64,000 bases of DNA from an uncultured Nocardioidaceae bacterium (GCA_902805845.1 CADCUI010000001.1:140592-204591); one strand, 5' to 3'. Numbered from the stretch's first letter, positions 26,405 through 35,952 are shown. A program made the numbers and translations. Notes: generated by a model from the sequence alone, not told the origin.

Positions 26405-27138
26405 ACGACGTCCTGAAGTGGCTCACCGACGGCGCCCACTGGCGCGGCGGCGAGGGCATCCCGCTGCGGCTCGGGGAGCATCTCCTCTACTCCGGTCTGG
26501 CCCTGCTCGTCGCCGCCGTGCTGGCGGTGCCGCTCGGCCTCTGGGTCGGTCACACCGGTCGCGGCCGCTACCTCGCCGTGAACGTCAGCGGCGGCCTCCG
26601 CGCCGTACCGAGCCTGGGGCTGCTCTTCGCAGCGATCATGCTGCTGGGCCCGCGGCTCAGCGGCGAGGCCGGCGTCTTCATCCCGAGCGAGCTGGTGCTC
26701 GTCGTCCTGGCGGTGCCGCCGATCCTCGCCGGCGCCTATGCCGGGGTGGAGCAGGTCGACGCCGCCGCGCGCGACGCCGCCCGCGGCATGGGCATGCGCG
26801 GCTGGCAGGTGCTGTGGCAGGTCGAGGTCCCCAACGCGATGCCCCTGGTCATCTCGGGGCTGCGCTCGGCGGCGCTGCAGGTCGTGGCCACGGCGACGCT
26901 GGCGGCCACGGTGGGGCTCGGCGGGCTCGGTCGGTTCCTCATCGACGGGCTGTCGGTGCGCGACTACGCCCAGATGGCCGGAGGCGCGGTCCTGGTGGCC
27001 GCGCTGGCCCTGCTCGTCGATCTCCTCGGCGCCACGCTGCAGCGCCTGGTGGTCTCGCCTGGTGTGACCGGACAGACTGGCCGAAGCACCGCTCGCACCC
27101 GACGGGGCGGCCGGCTACGGCTGGCGCTCCGGTCCTGA
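26401..27138 (+). CDS. ABC transporter permease (osmoprotectant type), second subunit
   Basis: GTGA overlap with the previous permease. Multi-TM. Confidence 0.85.
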   Translation: MNDVLKWLTDGAHWRGGEGIPLRLGEHLLYSGLALLVAAVLAVPLGLWVGHTGRGRYLAVNVSGGLRAVPSLGLLFAAIMLLGPRLSGEAGVFIPSELVLVVLAVPPILAGAYAGVEQVDAAARDAARGMGMRGWQVLWQVEVPNAMPLVISGLRSAALQVVATATLAATVGLGGLGRFLIDGLSVRDYAQMAGGAVLVAALALLVDLLGATLQRLVVSPGVTGQTGRSTARTRRGGRLRLALRS

Positions 27139-27154
27139 CGAAAGGCGACTTCTC

Positions 27155-28069
27155 GTGAAGCGCACCCGCCTGCTCCCTGTCCTCCCGGCCGTGGCCGCAC
27201 TCGTCCTGGCCGGTTGCGGCGGTGGCTCCGACCCGCTCGCGGAGGACACCGGCGACGGCGGGAACTCCTCGTCGGTCGTCGTCGGCTCCGCCAACTTCCC
27301 CGAGGCCGTGCTGCTGATGGAGATCTACGCCGGCGCCCTGGAGGCCGCCGGCCTCGAGGTGGAGACGAAGCCGAACATCGGCGCTCGCGAGGCCTACATC
27401 ACCGGCATCCAGGACGAGTCGGTCGACGTGCTCCCGGAGTACACCGGCAACCTGCGGCTCTACTTCGACGAGGACGCCACCGCCTCCGACCCCGAGGCGG
27501 TCTACAAGGAGCTCCAGGCGGCGCTGCCGGAGGAGCTCACCGTGCTCGACTACGCCGAGGCGCAGGACAAGGACGCCGTGGTGGTCACCCAGGACGTCGC
27601 CGACGAGTACTCGCTGACCAGCATCGAGGACCTCGCCCCGGTGGCCGGGGACCTCACGCTGGGGGGTCCGCCGGAGTGGAAGACCCGGTCGACCGGCATC
27701 CCGGGCCTGGAGAAGCTCTACGGCGTGACCTTCGGGGACTTCATCGAGCTCGACGCCGGTGGACCGCTGACCCTCAAGGCGCTCCAGGACGGGCGGATCG
27801 ACGCGGGCAACCTCTTCACCACCAACCCGAACATCGCCGGCGAGGACCTGGTGCCGCTCGAGGACCCGGAGTTCTTGTTCGCCGCGCAGAACATCGTGCC
27901 GCTCGTCCGCACCGACGCGGTGACCGACGACCTCGAGACGGCTCTCAACGACGTCTCCGCTGCCCTCGACACCGCCACGCTCGCCGACATGGTCGCCCAG
28001 GTCGAGATCGACAAGGAGGACCCGCAGGACGTCGCCGATCAGTTCCTCTCCGACGCCGGCCTCAACTGA
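27155..28069 (+). CDS. Glycine betaine-type ABC substrate-binding lipoprotein
   Basis: Signal peptide with lipobox LAGC. The mature domain is acidic and typical of OpuAC/OpuCC-like binding proteins. Confidence 0.88.
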   Translation: MKRTRLLPVLPAVAALVLAGCGGGSDPLAEDTGDGGNSSSVVVGSANFPEAVLLMEIYAGALEAAGLEVETKPNIGAREAYITGIQDESVDVLPEYTGNLRLYFDEDATASDPEAVYKELQAALPEELTVLDYAEAQDKDAVVVTQDVADEYSLTSIEDLAPVAGDLTLGGPPEWKTRSTGIPGLEKLYGVTFGDFIELDAGGPLTLKALQDGRIDAGNLFTTNPNIAGEDLVPLEDPEFLFAAQNIVPLVRTDAVTDDLETALNDVSAALDTATLADMVAQVEIDKEDPQDVADQFLSDAGLN

Positions 28070-28098
28070 CGCCCGCCCGGCGACTCGGGGGGTAGACG

Positions 28099-28827
28099 AT
28101 GCGCCCGCTGGTGATCCCCGCGCGGTTCAACGGCCCGCCCGGGTCCGCGAACGGTGGCTACGCCGCCGGAGTCCTGGCACGTGCGGCTCGGCCGGCCACA
28201 GGGTGGGACGGTGAGGTGACCGTCAGGCTGCGGCAGCCGCCGCCGCTCGAACGGCCGCTCGCTCCCACCGTCGTCGACGGGACCGTGGAGCTGAGGGACG
28301 CGGAGAAGACCGTGGCAGTGGCCTACGACTACGGGCCGGAGGCATGGACCGATCCCGAGCCGGTGGCCCTCGCCACCGCTCGTGGAGCCGAGAGCCGGTA
28401 CGCCGGGGCGCGGTCCCACCCGTTCCCGACCTGCTTCTCCTGCGGGCCCGCCCGGGAGGCCGGTGACGGGCTCCGGATCTTCCCCGGGCGCGTCGACGGC
28501 GACCGGGTGGCGGCGACCTGGACTCCGCTGGCGGGGCTCGACGGGCCGATCGGTGACGTCGACGAGCCGGTGACGTGGGCCGCCCTCGACTGCGTCGGCG
28601 CCTGGTCGTCGGACCTGGAGCACCGACCTCTGGTGCTGGGGGAGGTGTCGGCGCGGGTTGTCTCCCCGCCGAGCCTGGGCGCGACGTACGTCGTCGTGGG
28701 GACCCACCTGCGCACGGAGGGCCGGAAGACCTGGACGGCGACGGCGATGTTCGACGAGGACGGTTCAGTGGTGGGGCAGGCCGAGCAGCTGTGGATCGCC
28801 GTCGACTGGGCCCGCTCCGTCAGCTGA
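28099..28827 (+). CDS. Hotdog-fold thioesterase-like protein
   Basis: NGGYAAG and the CFSCGP...GDGLRIF motif are typical of PaaI-like hotdog proteins. Confidence 0.6.
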   Translation: MRPLVIPARFNGPPGSANGGYAAGVLARAARPATGWDGEVTVRLRQPPPLERPLAPTVVDGTVELRDAEKTVAVAYDYGPEAWTDPEPVALATARGAESRYAGARSHPFPTCFSCGPAREAGDGLRIFPGRVDGDRVAATWTPLAGLDGPIGDVDEPVTWAALDCVGAWSSDLEHRPLVLGEVSARVVSPPSLGATYVVVGTHLRTEGRKTWTATAMFDEDGSVVGQAEQLWIAVDWARSVS

Positions 28828-28833
28828 CCCCTG

Positions 28834-28890
28834 CCGAGTCGGCGCGAATGCACGCCGGCTCGTGCATTCACGCCGACTGGGCCTGCTTTT
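28834..28890 (+). terminator. Hairpin formed by the first forward/reverse Family B pair, followed by a CTTTT run
   Basis: An ~18-bp stem (agtcggcgcgaatgcacg / cgtgcattcacgccgact, one mismatch), loop ccggct, then gcctgcttttc. On the other strand the same palindrome follows the arcA stop. Confidence 0.45.
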
Positions 28891-28942
28891 CGCGTGCATT
28901 CGCGCCGACTCGGCGTGCGGGGCGTGCGTTCGCGCCGACTCG
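28834..28942. repeat. Family B repeat cluster (1 forward plus 3 reverse units)
   Basis: ccgagtcggcgcgaatgcacg (forward), then cgtgcattcacgccgactgg, gcgtgcattcgcgccgactcg and cgtgcgttcgcgccgactcg (reverse). It lies between the convergent thioesterase and arcA stops. Confidence 0.85.
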
Positions 28943-30163
28943 TCAGACGGGGTCGCGGGAGATCGGGCACGACATGCACCGGGGCCCGCCGCGCCCGGAT
29001 CCGAGCTCGGACCCGGCGATCGCGATGACCTCGATGCCGGCGGCCTCGAGCCGGGCGTTGGTCTCGACGTTCCGCTCGTAGGCCACCGCGACCCGCGGCG
29101 CGATCGCCAGGGTGTTGTTGCCGTCGTCCCACTGCTCGCGCTCGGCGGTGACGGGGTCGAGGCCGGTGTCGATCTGGTGCAGCGTGTCGATGCGCATGGC
29201 CTTGGCGGCGGCCACGAGGAAGGGCTCCTCCGGCGCCATGTCGAGCACCATGCCGCCGTCGTCCCCGCGGTCGGCGACGGTCACGGCGTAGGCCGACAGG
29301 GAGTCGGCGAGGTTGGGATACATCACGATCTTGTCGACGTCGACCATCGTGCAGACGGTGTCCAGGTGCATGGTGGCCCGCTGCTGGGCGATGGGCACCG
29401 CCAGCACGGTCTCGGCCAGGTCCGCGGCGAACATCTGCCGCGCCAGCCGCTCCGCACCGGCCGGTGTGGTGCGCTCGCCGACACCGACGGCGACGACACC
29501 CGGCGCCAGGAGGAGGACGTCGCCGCCCTCGACGTACTCCTGGTGCCAGCCGTGGATCCGGGGTACGCCGGCGAAGCGCGGATGCAGGGAGTAGATGAGC
29601 TCGGTCAGCTGGCTCTCCCGGTCCCGCGCCTCCATCTTCAACGACGTGATGGCGACGTGGTCGCGGACCCACACGCTCGAGTCACGCGTGAACAGCAGGT
29701 TGGGCAGCGGGTCGACGAGGAAGTCGTCGGAGGGCAGCAGCGTGGTGACCAGGCCGTGGCCGCCGCGGACCTCGTCGTTGCGGACGCCCTCGCAGAGCAC
29801 CCGGGTGAGCTCTGCCGGGCCGAGCTCGGTGAGCGCCGTGGTGAGGTAGTCGCGCAGGGTGTCGCCCAGCCCGAGGTTCTGCATCACCGCGGTGATCGCG
29901 CGCGACCGGGCCTCCTCCGACTCCAGCGTCTCGGCCAGCAGCTCCACCAGGTAGAGCACCTCGACCCCACGCGCCCGCAGCGCCTCGGCGAACGCGTCGT
30001 GCTCCTCCTGTGCCCGGCTCACCCACGGGATGCCGTCGTAGAGCAGCTTGTCGTTGTTGCGGGGCGTGAGCCGTTTCAGCTCCGGCCCGGGCCGGTGAAG
30101 CATCACCGTGCGCAGCCGTCCGACCTCGCTGTCGACCCCTGGGGGCGCTCCCGCCGCGTCCAT
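28943..30163 (-). CDS. arcA: Arginine deiminase
   Basis: [17 protein letters not shown] at the N-terminus, a catalytic Cys near the C-terminus ([10 protein letters not shown]), and 406 aa. Confidence 0.92.
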   Translation of the reverse strand: MDAAGAPPGVDSEVGRLRTVMLHRPGPELKRLTPRNNDKLLYDGIPWVSRAQEEHDAFAEALRARGVEVLYLVELLAETLESEEARSRAITAVMQNLGLGDTLRDYLTTALTELGPAELTRVLCEGVRNDEVRGGHGLVTTLLPSDDFLVDPLPNLLFTRDSSVWVRDHVAITSLKMEARDRESQLTELIYSLHPRFAGVPRIHGWHQEYVEGGDVLLLAPGVVAVGVGERTTPAGAERLARQMFAADLAETVLAVPIAQQRATMHLDTVCTMVDVDKIVMYPNLADSLSAYAVTVADRGDDGGMVLDMAPEEPFLVAAAKAMRIDTLHQIDTGLDPVTAEREQWDDGNNTLAIAPRVAVAYERNVETNARLEAAGIEVIAIAGSELGSGRGGPRCMSCPISRDPV

Positions 30164-30172
30164 GCCGACACC

Positions 30173-31375
30173 CTAGTCGCGGCTGACGGCCTCGTCCCCG
30201 GGGAGGCCGCGGGCCGCTGCCAGCGCGAGGGCCAGCACGTCCTTGGCCGGCCGGCCCGTCGTAGTCGCGACCGCGGTGACGTCGTCGTACTCCGGCTGCG
30301 CGTTCATGAGCTCGCCGTCGAGCCAGGCGAGCTTGACCCGCACCGGGTGGCCGGCCACCTCGACCACCCGGATCTCCCGGTCGAGCGCGGTCTTGACGTA
30401 GTGCTTCTCGCGCACGCCGATCGTCGAGGTCTGCTCGAAGACCACGCGGCGTACGGCGGGGAGCAGCTCTTCCCGTGCCAGGACCGACAGCGTGTGCGCG
30501 GGGCGTCCCTTCTTCATGAGGATCGGTGTCAGCCAGGCGTCCGAGGCACCGGCCTCGAGGAGGGCCCGGATCACGTCGGGCCACAGCCGGGGGTCGAGGT
30601 CGTCGACGTTGGTCTCCAGCACCACGGCCGCCTCGTCACCTCCGACGGGCGGACCCGTCTCGACCGGCTCGCCGACCAGCAGCCGCACCACGTTGGCATG
30701 GCTGGCCGGGTCCCGCCCCCCGGCGCCGACGCCCACCGCGGTCACGGTCATCGGCGGCTGCGGGCCGAACGACGACGCCATGGTGGCGAGCAAGGCGGCC
30801 CCGGTCGGCGTGCAGGACTCACCGGCACCCGGACCGGCGTACGACGGGCTGCCGCGCAGCAGCTGCACCACGGCGGGCACCGGGACGGGAAGGTCGCCGT
30901 GCGACGCGTTCGTCCTGCCGGACCCCACCGCCACCGGCGAGACCACCACCGAGGTCAGTCCCAGGTGCACCAGCCCGGCGCAGGCGGCGACGACGTCGGC
31001 GATCGCGTCGAGCGCGCCCACCTCGTGGAAGTGCACCTCGTCGACCGAGCACCCGTGCACGGTCGCCTCGGCTTCCGCAAGCCGGGTGAACACCGCCTCG
31101 GCGAGGGCGGCGACCGGTGGGGCAAGGTCTGCCGAGGCCAGCAGCGCCAGCACGTCCGACAAACCGCGCTGCTGTGTGGAGTCCGGGACCGCCACGCGGC
31201 ACCGGGTTGCGCTGAGGCCCCCGCGGCTGACGGTCTCCACGTCGAGCGTCACGGGCTCGGGAGCGACCGCGTCGACCGCGTCGCGCAGGACGGTCACCGG
31301 CACCCCCACGCCGACCAGCGCGCCGAGGAGCATGTCACCGGAGGCGCCGGCGGAGGCGTCGACCCAGCCGATCAT
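30173..31375 (-). CDS. larC: LarC-family nickel insertion protein (DUF111)
   Basis: N-terminal DASAGASGDMLLGAL and HFHEVGALDAIADV are typical of LarC. 400 aa. Confidence 0.85.
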   Translation of the reverse strand: MIGWVDASAGASGDMLLGALVGVGVPVTVLRDAVDAVAPEPVTLDVETVSRGGLSATRCRVAVPDSTQQRGLSDVLALLASADLAPPVAALAEAVFTRLAEAEATVHGCSVDEVHFHEVGALDAIADVVAACAGLVHLGLTSVVVSPVAVGSGRTNASHGDLPVPVPAVVQLLRGSPSYAGPGAGESCTPTGAALLATMASSFGPQPPMTVTAVGVGAGGRDPASHANVVRLLVGEPVETGPPVGGDEAAVVLETNVDDLDPRLWPDVIRALLEAGASDAWLTPILMKKGRPAHTLSVLAREELLPAVRRVVFEQTSTIGVREKHYVKTALDREIRVVEVAGHPVRVKLAWLDGELMNAQPEYDDVTAVATTTGRPAKDVLALALAAARGLPGDEAVSRD

Positions 31376-31403
31376 GGCCGACTTCCGTACTGAGCCGCGC
31401 GGG

Positions 31404-32126
31404 TCATCCGTCTCGCTCCTCCGGGGGTTCCCGCCGAGGATGGGCGTGAGCCCGCCGGGCGACCCGGGCAGCGAAGACCCCCGCCCCGTAGCCGTTGTCG
31501 ATGTTGACCACGCTCACCCCCGGGGCGCAGGAGTTGAGCATGGCGAGGAGGGCGGCCAGCCCGCCGAAGGACGCGCCGTACCCGACGGACGTCGGCACCG
31601 CCACGATCGGCACGCCCACGAGGCCGCCGACGACGCTGGGAAGTGCGCCCTCCATGCCGGCCACCACCACCAGGCAGTCGGCGGCCGCCAAGGAGTCCCG
31701 CACCGCCAGCAGCCGGTGCAGGCCGGCCACGCCGACGTCCTGGACCAGCCGCACGCCGGTGCCGTGGACGGTCGCGGTCAACGCGGCCTCCCGCGCCACC
31801 GGAGCGTCGGAGGTGCCGGCCGACACCACGGCGACAGTGCCGACCGGCGACGGCGGTGTGCCGAGCGTGGCGCACCGGGCGCCCTCGTCGACCGAGGCCG
31901 CCGGGAGGTCGGCTCGCACCCTGGCCATCGCCTCGGGCGTCAGCCGGGTGGCCAGGACCGCACGGTCGGGGTGGGCCTGGTGCAGCTTGCGCAGGATCGA
32001 CACCACCTGGTCGGGGGTCTTTCCGGCGCCGAAGACGACCTCCGGATCACCGGTCCGCGGTGCGCGGTCGAGGTCGAGCTTGGCGAAGCCGAGATCGGCG
32101 GTAGGGACAGGCGCTTCAGGCTCCAC
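31404..32126 (-). CDS. larB: LarB-family nickel pincer cofactor biosynthesis protein (AIR carboxylase-like)
   Basis: VAVVSAGTSDAPVAREA and the PurE-like VVAGMEGALPSVVGGL. Confidence 0.85.
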   Translation of the reverse strand: MEPEAPVPTADLGFAKLDLDRAPRTGDPEVVFGAGKTPDQVVSILRKLHQAHPDRAVLATRLTPEAMARVRADLPAASVDEGARCATLGTPPSPVGTVAVVSAGTSDAPVAREAALTATVHGTGVRLVQDVGVAGLHRLLAVRDSLAAADCLVVVAGMEGALPSVVGGLVGVPIVAVPTSVGYGASFGGLAALLAMLNSCAPGVSVVNIDNGYGAGVFAARVARRAHAHPRREPPEERDG

Positions 32127-32187
32127 CGGCCCAGGCTAGGCGACGCCGGGGACCGGCCCGCGACGGCCGACGGCTCCTGCTCTCGTC

Positions 32188-32246
32188 GCGTGCATTGGCG
32201 CCGACTCGAGGGGGTGGGCGCGTGCATTGGCGCCGACTCGAGGGGG
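32188..32246 (-). repeat. Family B repeat, 2 tandem units (32-nt period)
   Basis: gcgtgcattggcgccgactcgaggggg occurs twice (starts 32188 and 32220). It lies between the DUF2235 stop and the larB start. Confidence 0.85.
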
Positions 32247-32252
32247 ACTGCG

Positions 32253-33539
32253 TCAGGCGGTCTGGCGCGGTCGAGGGGCTGTGCGTCCGCCCTGGCCAGG
32301 CAGCCCCTGGCCAGGCAGCCCCTGGCCAGGCAGCCCCTGGCCAGGCAGCCCCTGGCCAGGCAGCCCCTGGCCTGCGCCGAGGGCGATGCCCCGTTCGCAC
32401 AGCCACGTCGAGATCCGCTCGTACGTCGGTTCGGGCAGGGCGACCACCGGCTCGATGCAGTCGGCGAACCGGCCGCACGCCTCGGACCACACCGCCAGAT
32501 TTCGCGGGCCGTAGTCCTCGCCCGCTGCGAAGTGGTCGGCAGCCGCCGACGAGATCCGCACCGTCACGCACTCGGGGCGGTCGAGCCGCCGCTGATGACC
32601 GAGGAACGCCTTGCCGCTCTTGATGCCGAGCACGATCTTGAGCCGGATCACCAAGTCGAGCAGCCAGAACATCGGGGTCATCGAGTGGTGCCGGATCGCT
32701 GAGGAGCCGCTCGCGACGTACCGCCGCAGCAGGGACTCGTCGAAGGCCAGCCCCAGCCGGTTGGCCTCGCCCACCATCCACAGCAGCGCGGTGTCGGAGA
32801 GCCCCGCCTCGGCGTAGCCGCCGCCGACGTCGGAGTGCACGCCTTCGAACCACACCTGGCGGACCCGCTCGTCCTCGTTGTCGCCGCCCTTCACGGCCTC
32901 CCAGAGGCAGGGCTCGAACTTCATCCGCTGCTCGTCGGCGGCCAGCGCCTGCCGGGCACAGAGCACCGCGTCGCTGAGCTGCACGTCGTGGAACTGGTGA
33001 GCACGGCGGACGGCGCCGGGCACGCCGAGCGCGCCGACGGTGTCGAACACGCCGAGGAACTGGATAGGTGTCGCGTCGTGGCAGTAGTCGTGGCGGAACT
33101 CTGCGGCGCTGGAGCCGAACATGCCACCGGCGGGATCGCGCTGCCTGTAGCGCGCCACCGCCTCGGGCAGCCGCTCGTCTACGAGGGCCCGCCTGGTCAG
33201 CAGTCCGACCTTTCCGATCATCCCCACCATCGACCGGGCGGTGTAGGCGCCGCGGCTGAAGCCGAACACGAAGATCTCGTCGCCCGGCTCGTAGTTGAGG
33301 GCCAGGAAGCGGTAGCCGGCCAGCACGTTGGTGAAGAGGCCCAGCCCGAACGCGCCGCCGAGGAACCGGTCCACGCGGTAGCTGCCGCCCACCCCGCTGA
33401 GGTAGAGCACCAGCTGCTGCACGCCGTCCGTGGCGGCGAGGTCGGTCTGCACGGTCCGAGCGATCTTCTCGATGTTGGTGACACACCGGCTGTCGGGGCG
33501 GTTCCACGTCCCGTCGCAGCAGATCACCAGCCGCTTCAT
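32253..33539 (-). CDS. DUF2235 (Tle1-like alpha/beta hydrolase) protein with C-terminal (GQGLP)5 repeat
   Basis: MKRLVICCDGTWN and FGFSRGAYTARS (GxSxG). The start at 33539 is preceded by GGGAGGAG. The 33605 start in the ORF track is an extension. Confidence 0.8.
   Translation of the reverse strand: MKRLVICCDGTWNRPDSRCVTNIEKIARTVQTDLAATDGVQQLVLYLSGVGGSYRVDRFLGGAFGLGLFTNVLAGYRFLALNYEPGDEIFVFGFSRGAYTARSMVGMIGKVGLLTRRALVDERLPEAVARYRQRDPAGGMFGSSAAEFRHDYCHDATPIQFLGVFDTVGALGVPGAVRRAHQFHDVQLSDAVLCARQALAADEQRMKFEPCLWEAVKGGDNEDERVRQVWFEGVHSDVGGGYAEAGLSDTALLWMVGEANRLGLAFDESLLRRYVASGSSAIRHHSMTPMFWLLDLVIRLKIVLGIKSGKAFLGHQRRLDRPECVTVRISSAAADHFAAGEDYGPRNLAVWSEACGRFADCIEPVVALPEPTYERISTWLCERGIALGAGQGLPGQGLPGQGLPGQGLPGQGLPGQGGRTAPRPRQTA
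32290..32370. repeat. 15-nt tandem repeat ccaggcagcccctgg, x5.4, in frame in the DUF2235 gene
   Basis: Five perfect units from 32296 to 32370 plus a partial leading unit. It encodes GQGLP x5 near the C-terminus. The unit ends (ccagg/cctgg) are self-complementary. Confidence 0.95.
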
Positions 33540-33649
33540 AGCTGGATGCTCCTCCCTTGGCCTGCCACCTGTCACGGTGCCTGCAACGACACGCAGCATG
33601 AGCATTTCGACTCAGGCGGCGGGACCATCGGCGGTGGGACGATCACGCC

Positions 33650-34732
33650 ATGAGCAACCCAGCGGAGCGCGTGGTGGAGGAGCTGGTCTCGGCCGGCCTG
33701 GTCGACCCGGCTCGGTCCGGCGACGCCCGGAGCGTGGTGGCGCACGCGCTCGCCGACCCAGGAGCCCCCGGAGCGGCGGCCCCGGGCCGGCGGACCGGGA
33801 CCCGCAGCCGACTCGTCGAGATCGCCGGTTACGCCGGCGGGGCCCTGGTGATGGCCGCGGTCGGGCTGTTCCTGGCGCAGGAGTGGTCCTCGCTGTCCGG
33901 AGCCGCGCAGGTCGGGGCGCTCGCCGGCATCGCCGTGGTGCTCGCGGTCGCCGGGGTCGCGGTCTCGCGTGTCGGCGGTGGCCCCGCCGTGATGCGGTCG
34001 GGGCGCGACGAGGTACGCCGCCGCCTCGCCTCCGCACTGCTCGTCGGCGCCGCGGTGGCAGCTGCCCTGGCGGTCAACCGCCAGGTCGAGCTCCTCCTCG
34101 ACGACGAGTTCTCCGACTGGCCCACGCTGGCGGGCGTCGTCACGTTGATCGTGCTCGGGATCGCCGCCTACGCCTTTGCGCCGTCCGCGCTGGCGCTGGT
34201 GGTGATCGCCGCCGCCGGCTTCCAGGGCGTCATCACCGGATGGGTCCTCCCTGACCGGCTCGAGGCGTCATCGGTCTGGCAGGGCCTGACGCTCATGGTC
34301 CTGGGCGCCGTGTGGCTGGGGTGGGCCGAGACGCGGGGCTTCCGCGAGGACGCCGTCGGGAGGACCATCGGCGTCGGCTACCTGCTGTTCGGCGCGCAGA
34401 TGATCCTGGTCGAGGGCTCCTACGCCAACCTCGCCTACGCGTTGACCGCGGTGGTCGCGGTGGCCGGCTTCGTCCTCTACGTCCGCACGGTCGCCTGGCC
34501 CTACCTCGTCGCCGGGGTGCTGGGCATCACGCTGGTCGTGCCCGAGGCCGTCATCGACTGGACCGGCGGAGCGCTCGGGCCCGCCGGTGCCGTCCTGGTC
34601 GCGGGGCTCACCCTGCTGGGTGCGGCCGTCGTCGGCCTGCGGGTGCGCAAGGAGGCCGGCGACGCGCCGGACCAGCCGCCCGCGGAGCAGCAGCCCCGGG
34701 ACTCCGGTCACCGGGTCGGCACCGCCTCCTGA
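33650..34732 (+). CDS. Integral membrane protein (hypothetical)
   Basis: 360 aa with a soluble N-terminal ~50 aa, then about 9 hydrophobic helices. It is divergent from the DUF2235 gene. Confidence 0.6.
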   Translation: MSNPAERVVEELVSAGLVDPARSGDARSVVAHALADPGAPGAAAPGRRTGTRSRLVEIAGYAGGALVMAAVGLFLAQEWSSLSGAAQVGALAGIAVVLAVAGVAVSRVGGGPAVMRSGRDEVRRRLASALLVGAAVAAALAVNRQVELLLDDEFSDWPTLAGVVTLIVLGIAAYAFAPSALALVVIAAAGFQGVITGWVLPDRLEASSVWQGLTLMVLGAVWLGWAETRGFREDAVGRTIGVGYLLFGAQMILVEGSYANLAYALTAVVAVAGFVLYVRTVAWPYLVAGVLGITLVVPEAVIDWTGGALGPAGAVLVAGLTLLGAAVVGLRVRKEAGDAPDQPPAEQQPRDSGHRVGTAS

Positions 34733-35754
34733 CGGCGGTCGGCGACCAGGCTCGTCACGGTCGTGATCACGAGCACGCCGACGATCACCGCGAGCGACCA
34801 CAGGGTCGGGATCTCCGGGACCTCCTCCCAGCGCAGGTGCGCCCAGTGCAGCCCCAGCTTCACCCCGATGAACCCCAGGATCGCCGCCAGCCCGTAGCCG
34901 AGGTGGCGCAGCTTCGACAGTGCCCCCTCGAGCACGAAGTACAGCGCCCGCAGGCCGAGCAGCGCGAAGGCGTTCGTGGCGAAGACGAGGAACGGGTCGC
35001 CGGTGATGCCGTAGACGGCGGGAACCGAGTCGACCGCGAACACGATGTCCGTGGCGAAGACCGCCACCACCACGAGCGCGAGCGGCGTCACGGCGCGGCG
35101 GCCGTGCAGGCGCGTGAACAGCCGCGGACCGTCGTAGGAGTCGGTGACCGGGATGACCCGGCGTACGAGCCGGACGCTGCGCATCGAGTCCACATCGAGC
35201 TCCTGCTCGTGACCGGCGAGCGCGTCGCGCAGGATCTTGACCGCGGTGACCACGAGGACAGCCCCGAACACGAGGAACATCCAGTCGAACCGCGAGAGCG
35301 CGGCCGCCCCCATCGCGATGAAGATGCCGCGCAGCACCAGTGCGCCCACGATGCCGTAGAGCAGCACCCGCTGCTGCAGCTCGCGCGGCACGGCGAAGGC
35401 GGCCATGAGCAGCAGGAACACGAACAGGTTGTCGACGCTCAGCGACTTCTCGACGAGGTAGCCGGTGAGGTACTCCAGGCCCCGTTCGGACCCGTGACCG
35501 GCGAAGACGTAGCCCGCAAAGGCCAGCGGCAGCGCCACGTAGAAGACCGACCAGCCGACGGCCTCGCGCATCGACACCTCGTGCGGCTTGCGCGTGATGA
35601 CGAAGTCGAGGGCGAGCAGCACGACGACGGCGCCGATGACGGCGGCCCACAGGGTGGGAGTGCCGATCGTGTCGAGGGCGCCGCCGCCCGGCTCCGCGGC
35701 GACGACACGGTGGAACGGGTACGACGTGGTGGGTGCGGCCAAGGGCGGGGCCAT
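34708..35754 (-). CDS. terC: TerC family integral membrane protein
   Basis: GYLVEKSLSVDNLFVFLL and FATDIVFAVDSVPA are TerC motifs. ATG at 35754 is preceded by GAGGAG. The 35916 start in the ORF track would run through the riboswitch-like leader. Confidence 0.85.
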   Translation of the reverse strand: MAPPLAAPTTSYPFHRVVAAEPGGGALDTIGTPTLWAAVIGAVVVLLALDFVITRKPHEVSMREAVGWSVFYVALPLAFAGYVFAGHGSERGLEYLTGYLVEKSLSVDNLFVFLLLMAAFAVPRELQQRVLLYGIVGALVLRGIFIAMGAAALSRFDWMFLVFGAVLVVTAVKILRDALAGHEQELDVDSMRSVRLVRRVIPVTDSYDGPRLFTRLHGRRAVTPLALVVVAVFATDIVFAVDSVPAVYGITGDPFLVFATNAFALLGLRALYFVLEGALSKLRHLGYGLAAILGFIGVKLGLHWAHLRWEEVPEIPTLWSLAVIVGVLVITTVTSLVADRRQEAVPTR

Positions 35755-35776
35755 GGGTCTCCTCAGGTCTGTCAGG

Positions 35777-35895
35777 CCTGAGGTCTCCTCCACCCTGCCT
35801 CCCGGAGTCGGGCGGCGGGCGACTGCCCGGGATGCCACTGGCGGCATCGAACTGACCGGGCGGGTCCGGACGGGAGTACTCCCCTCGAGGACCGA
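35777..35895 (-). promoter_or_regulatory. Probable yybP-ykoY (Mn2+) riboswitch in the terC leader
   Basis: The minus-strand RNA reads ...GGUCCUCGAGGGGAGUACUCCCGUCC...GGAGGAGACCUCAGG. This matches the conserved GGGGAGUA 5' element and the GAGACC 3' element, with GAGG/CCUC closing P1. Downstream, CCUCAGG-N9-CCUGAGG can sequester the GAGGAG RBS. Confidence 0.55.
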
Positions 35896-35952
35896 GAATA
35901 CAGCATCGGAGGCCACCCTGACGGTGGTGGCGACGAGGGGAGAAGGGTGCCG

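Noticed and set aside
32253-34732. The DUF2235 (Tle1-like) hydrolase plus the divergent membrane protein as a type VI effector/immunity or toxin pair.
   Set aside because: There are no T6SS, ESX or other secretion or immunity genes nearby. DUF2235 proteins are widespread outside T6SS contexts, and the membrane protein is large and polytopic rather than immunity-like.
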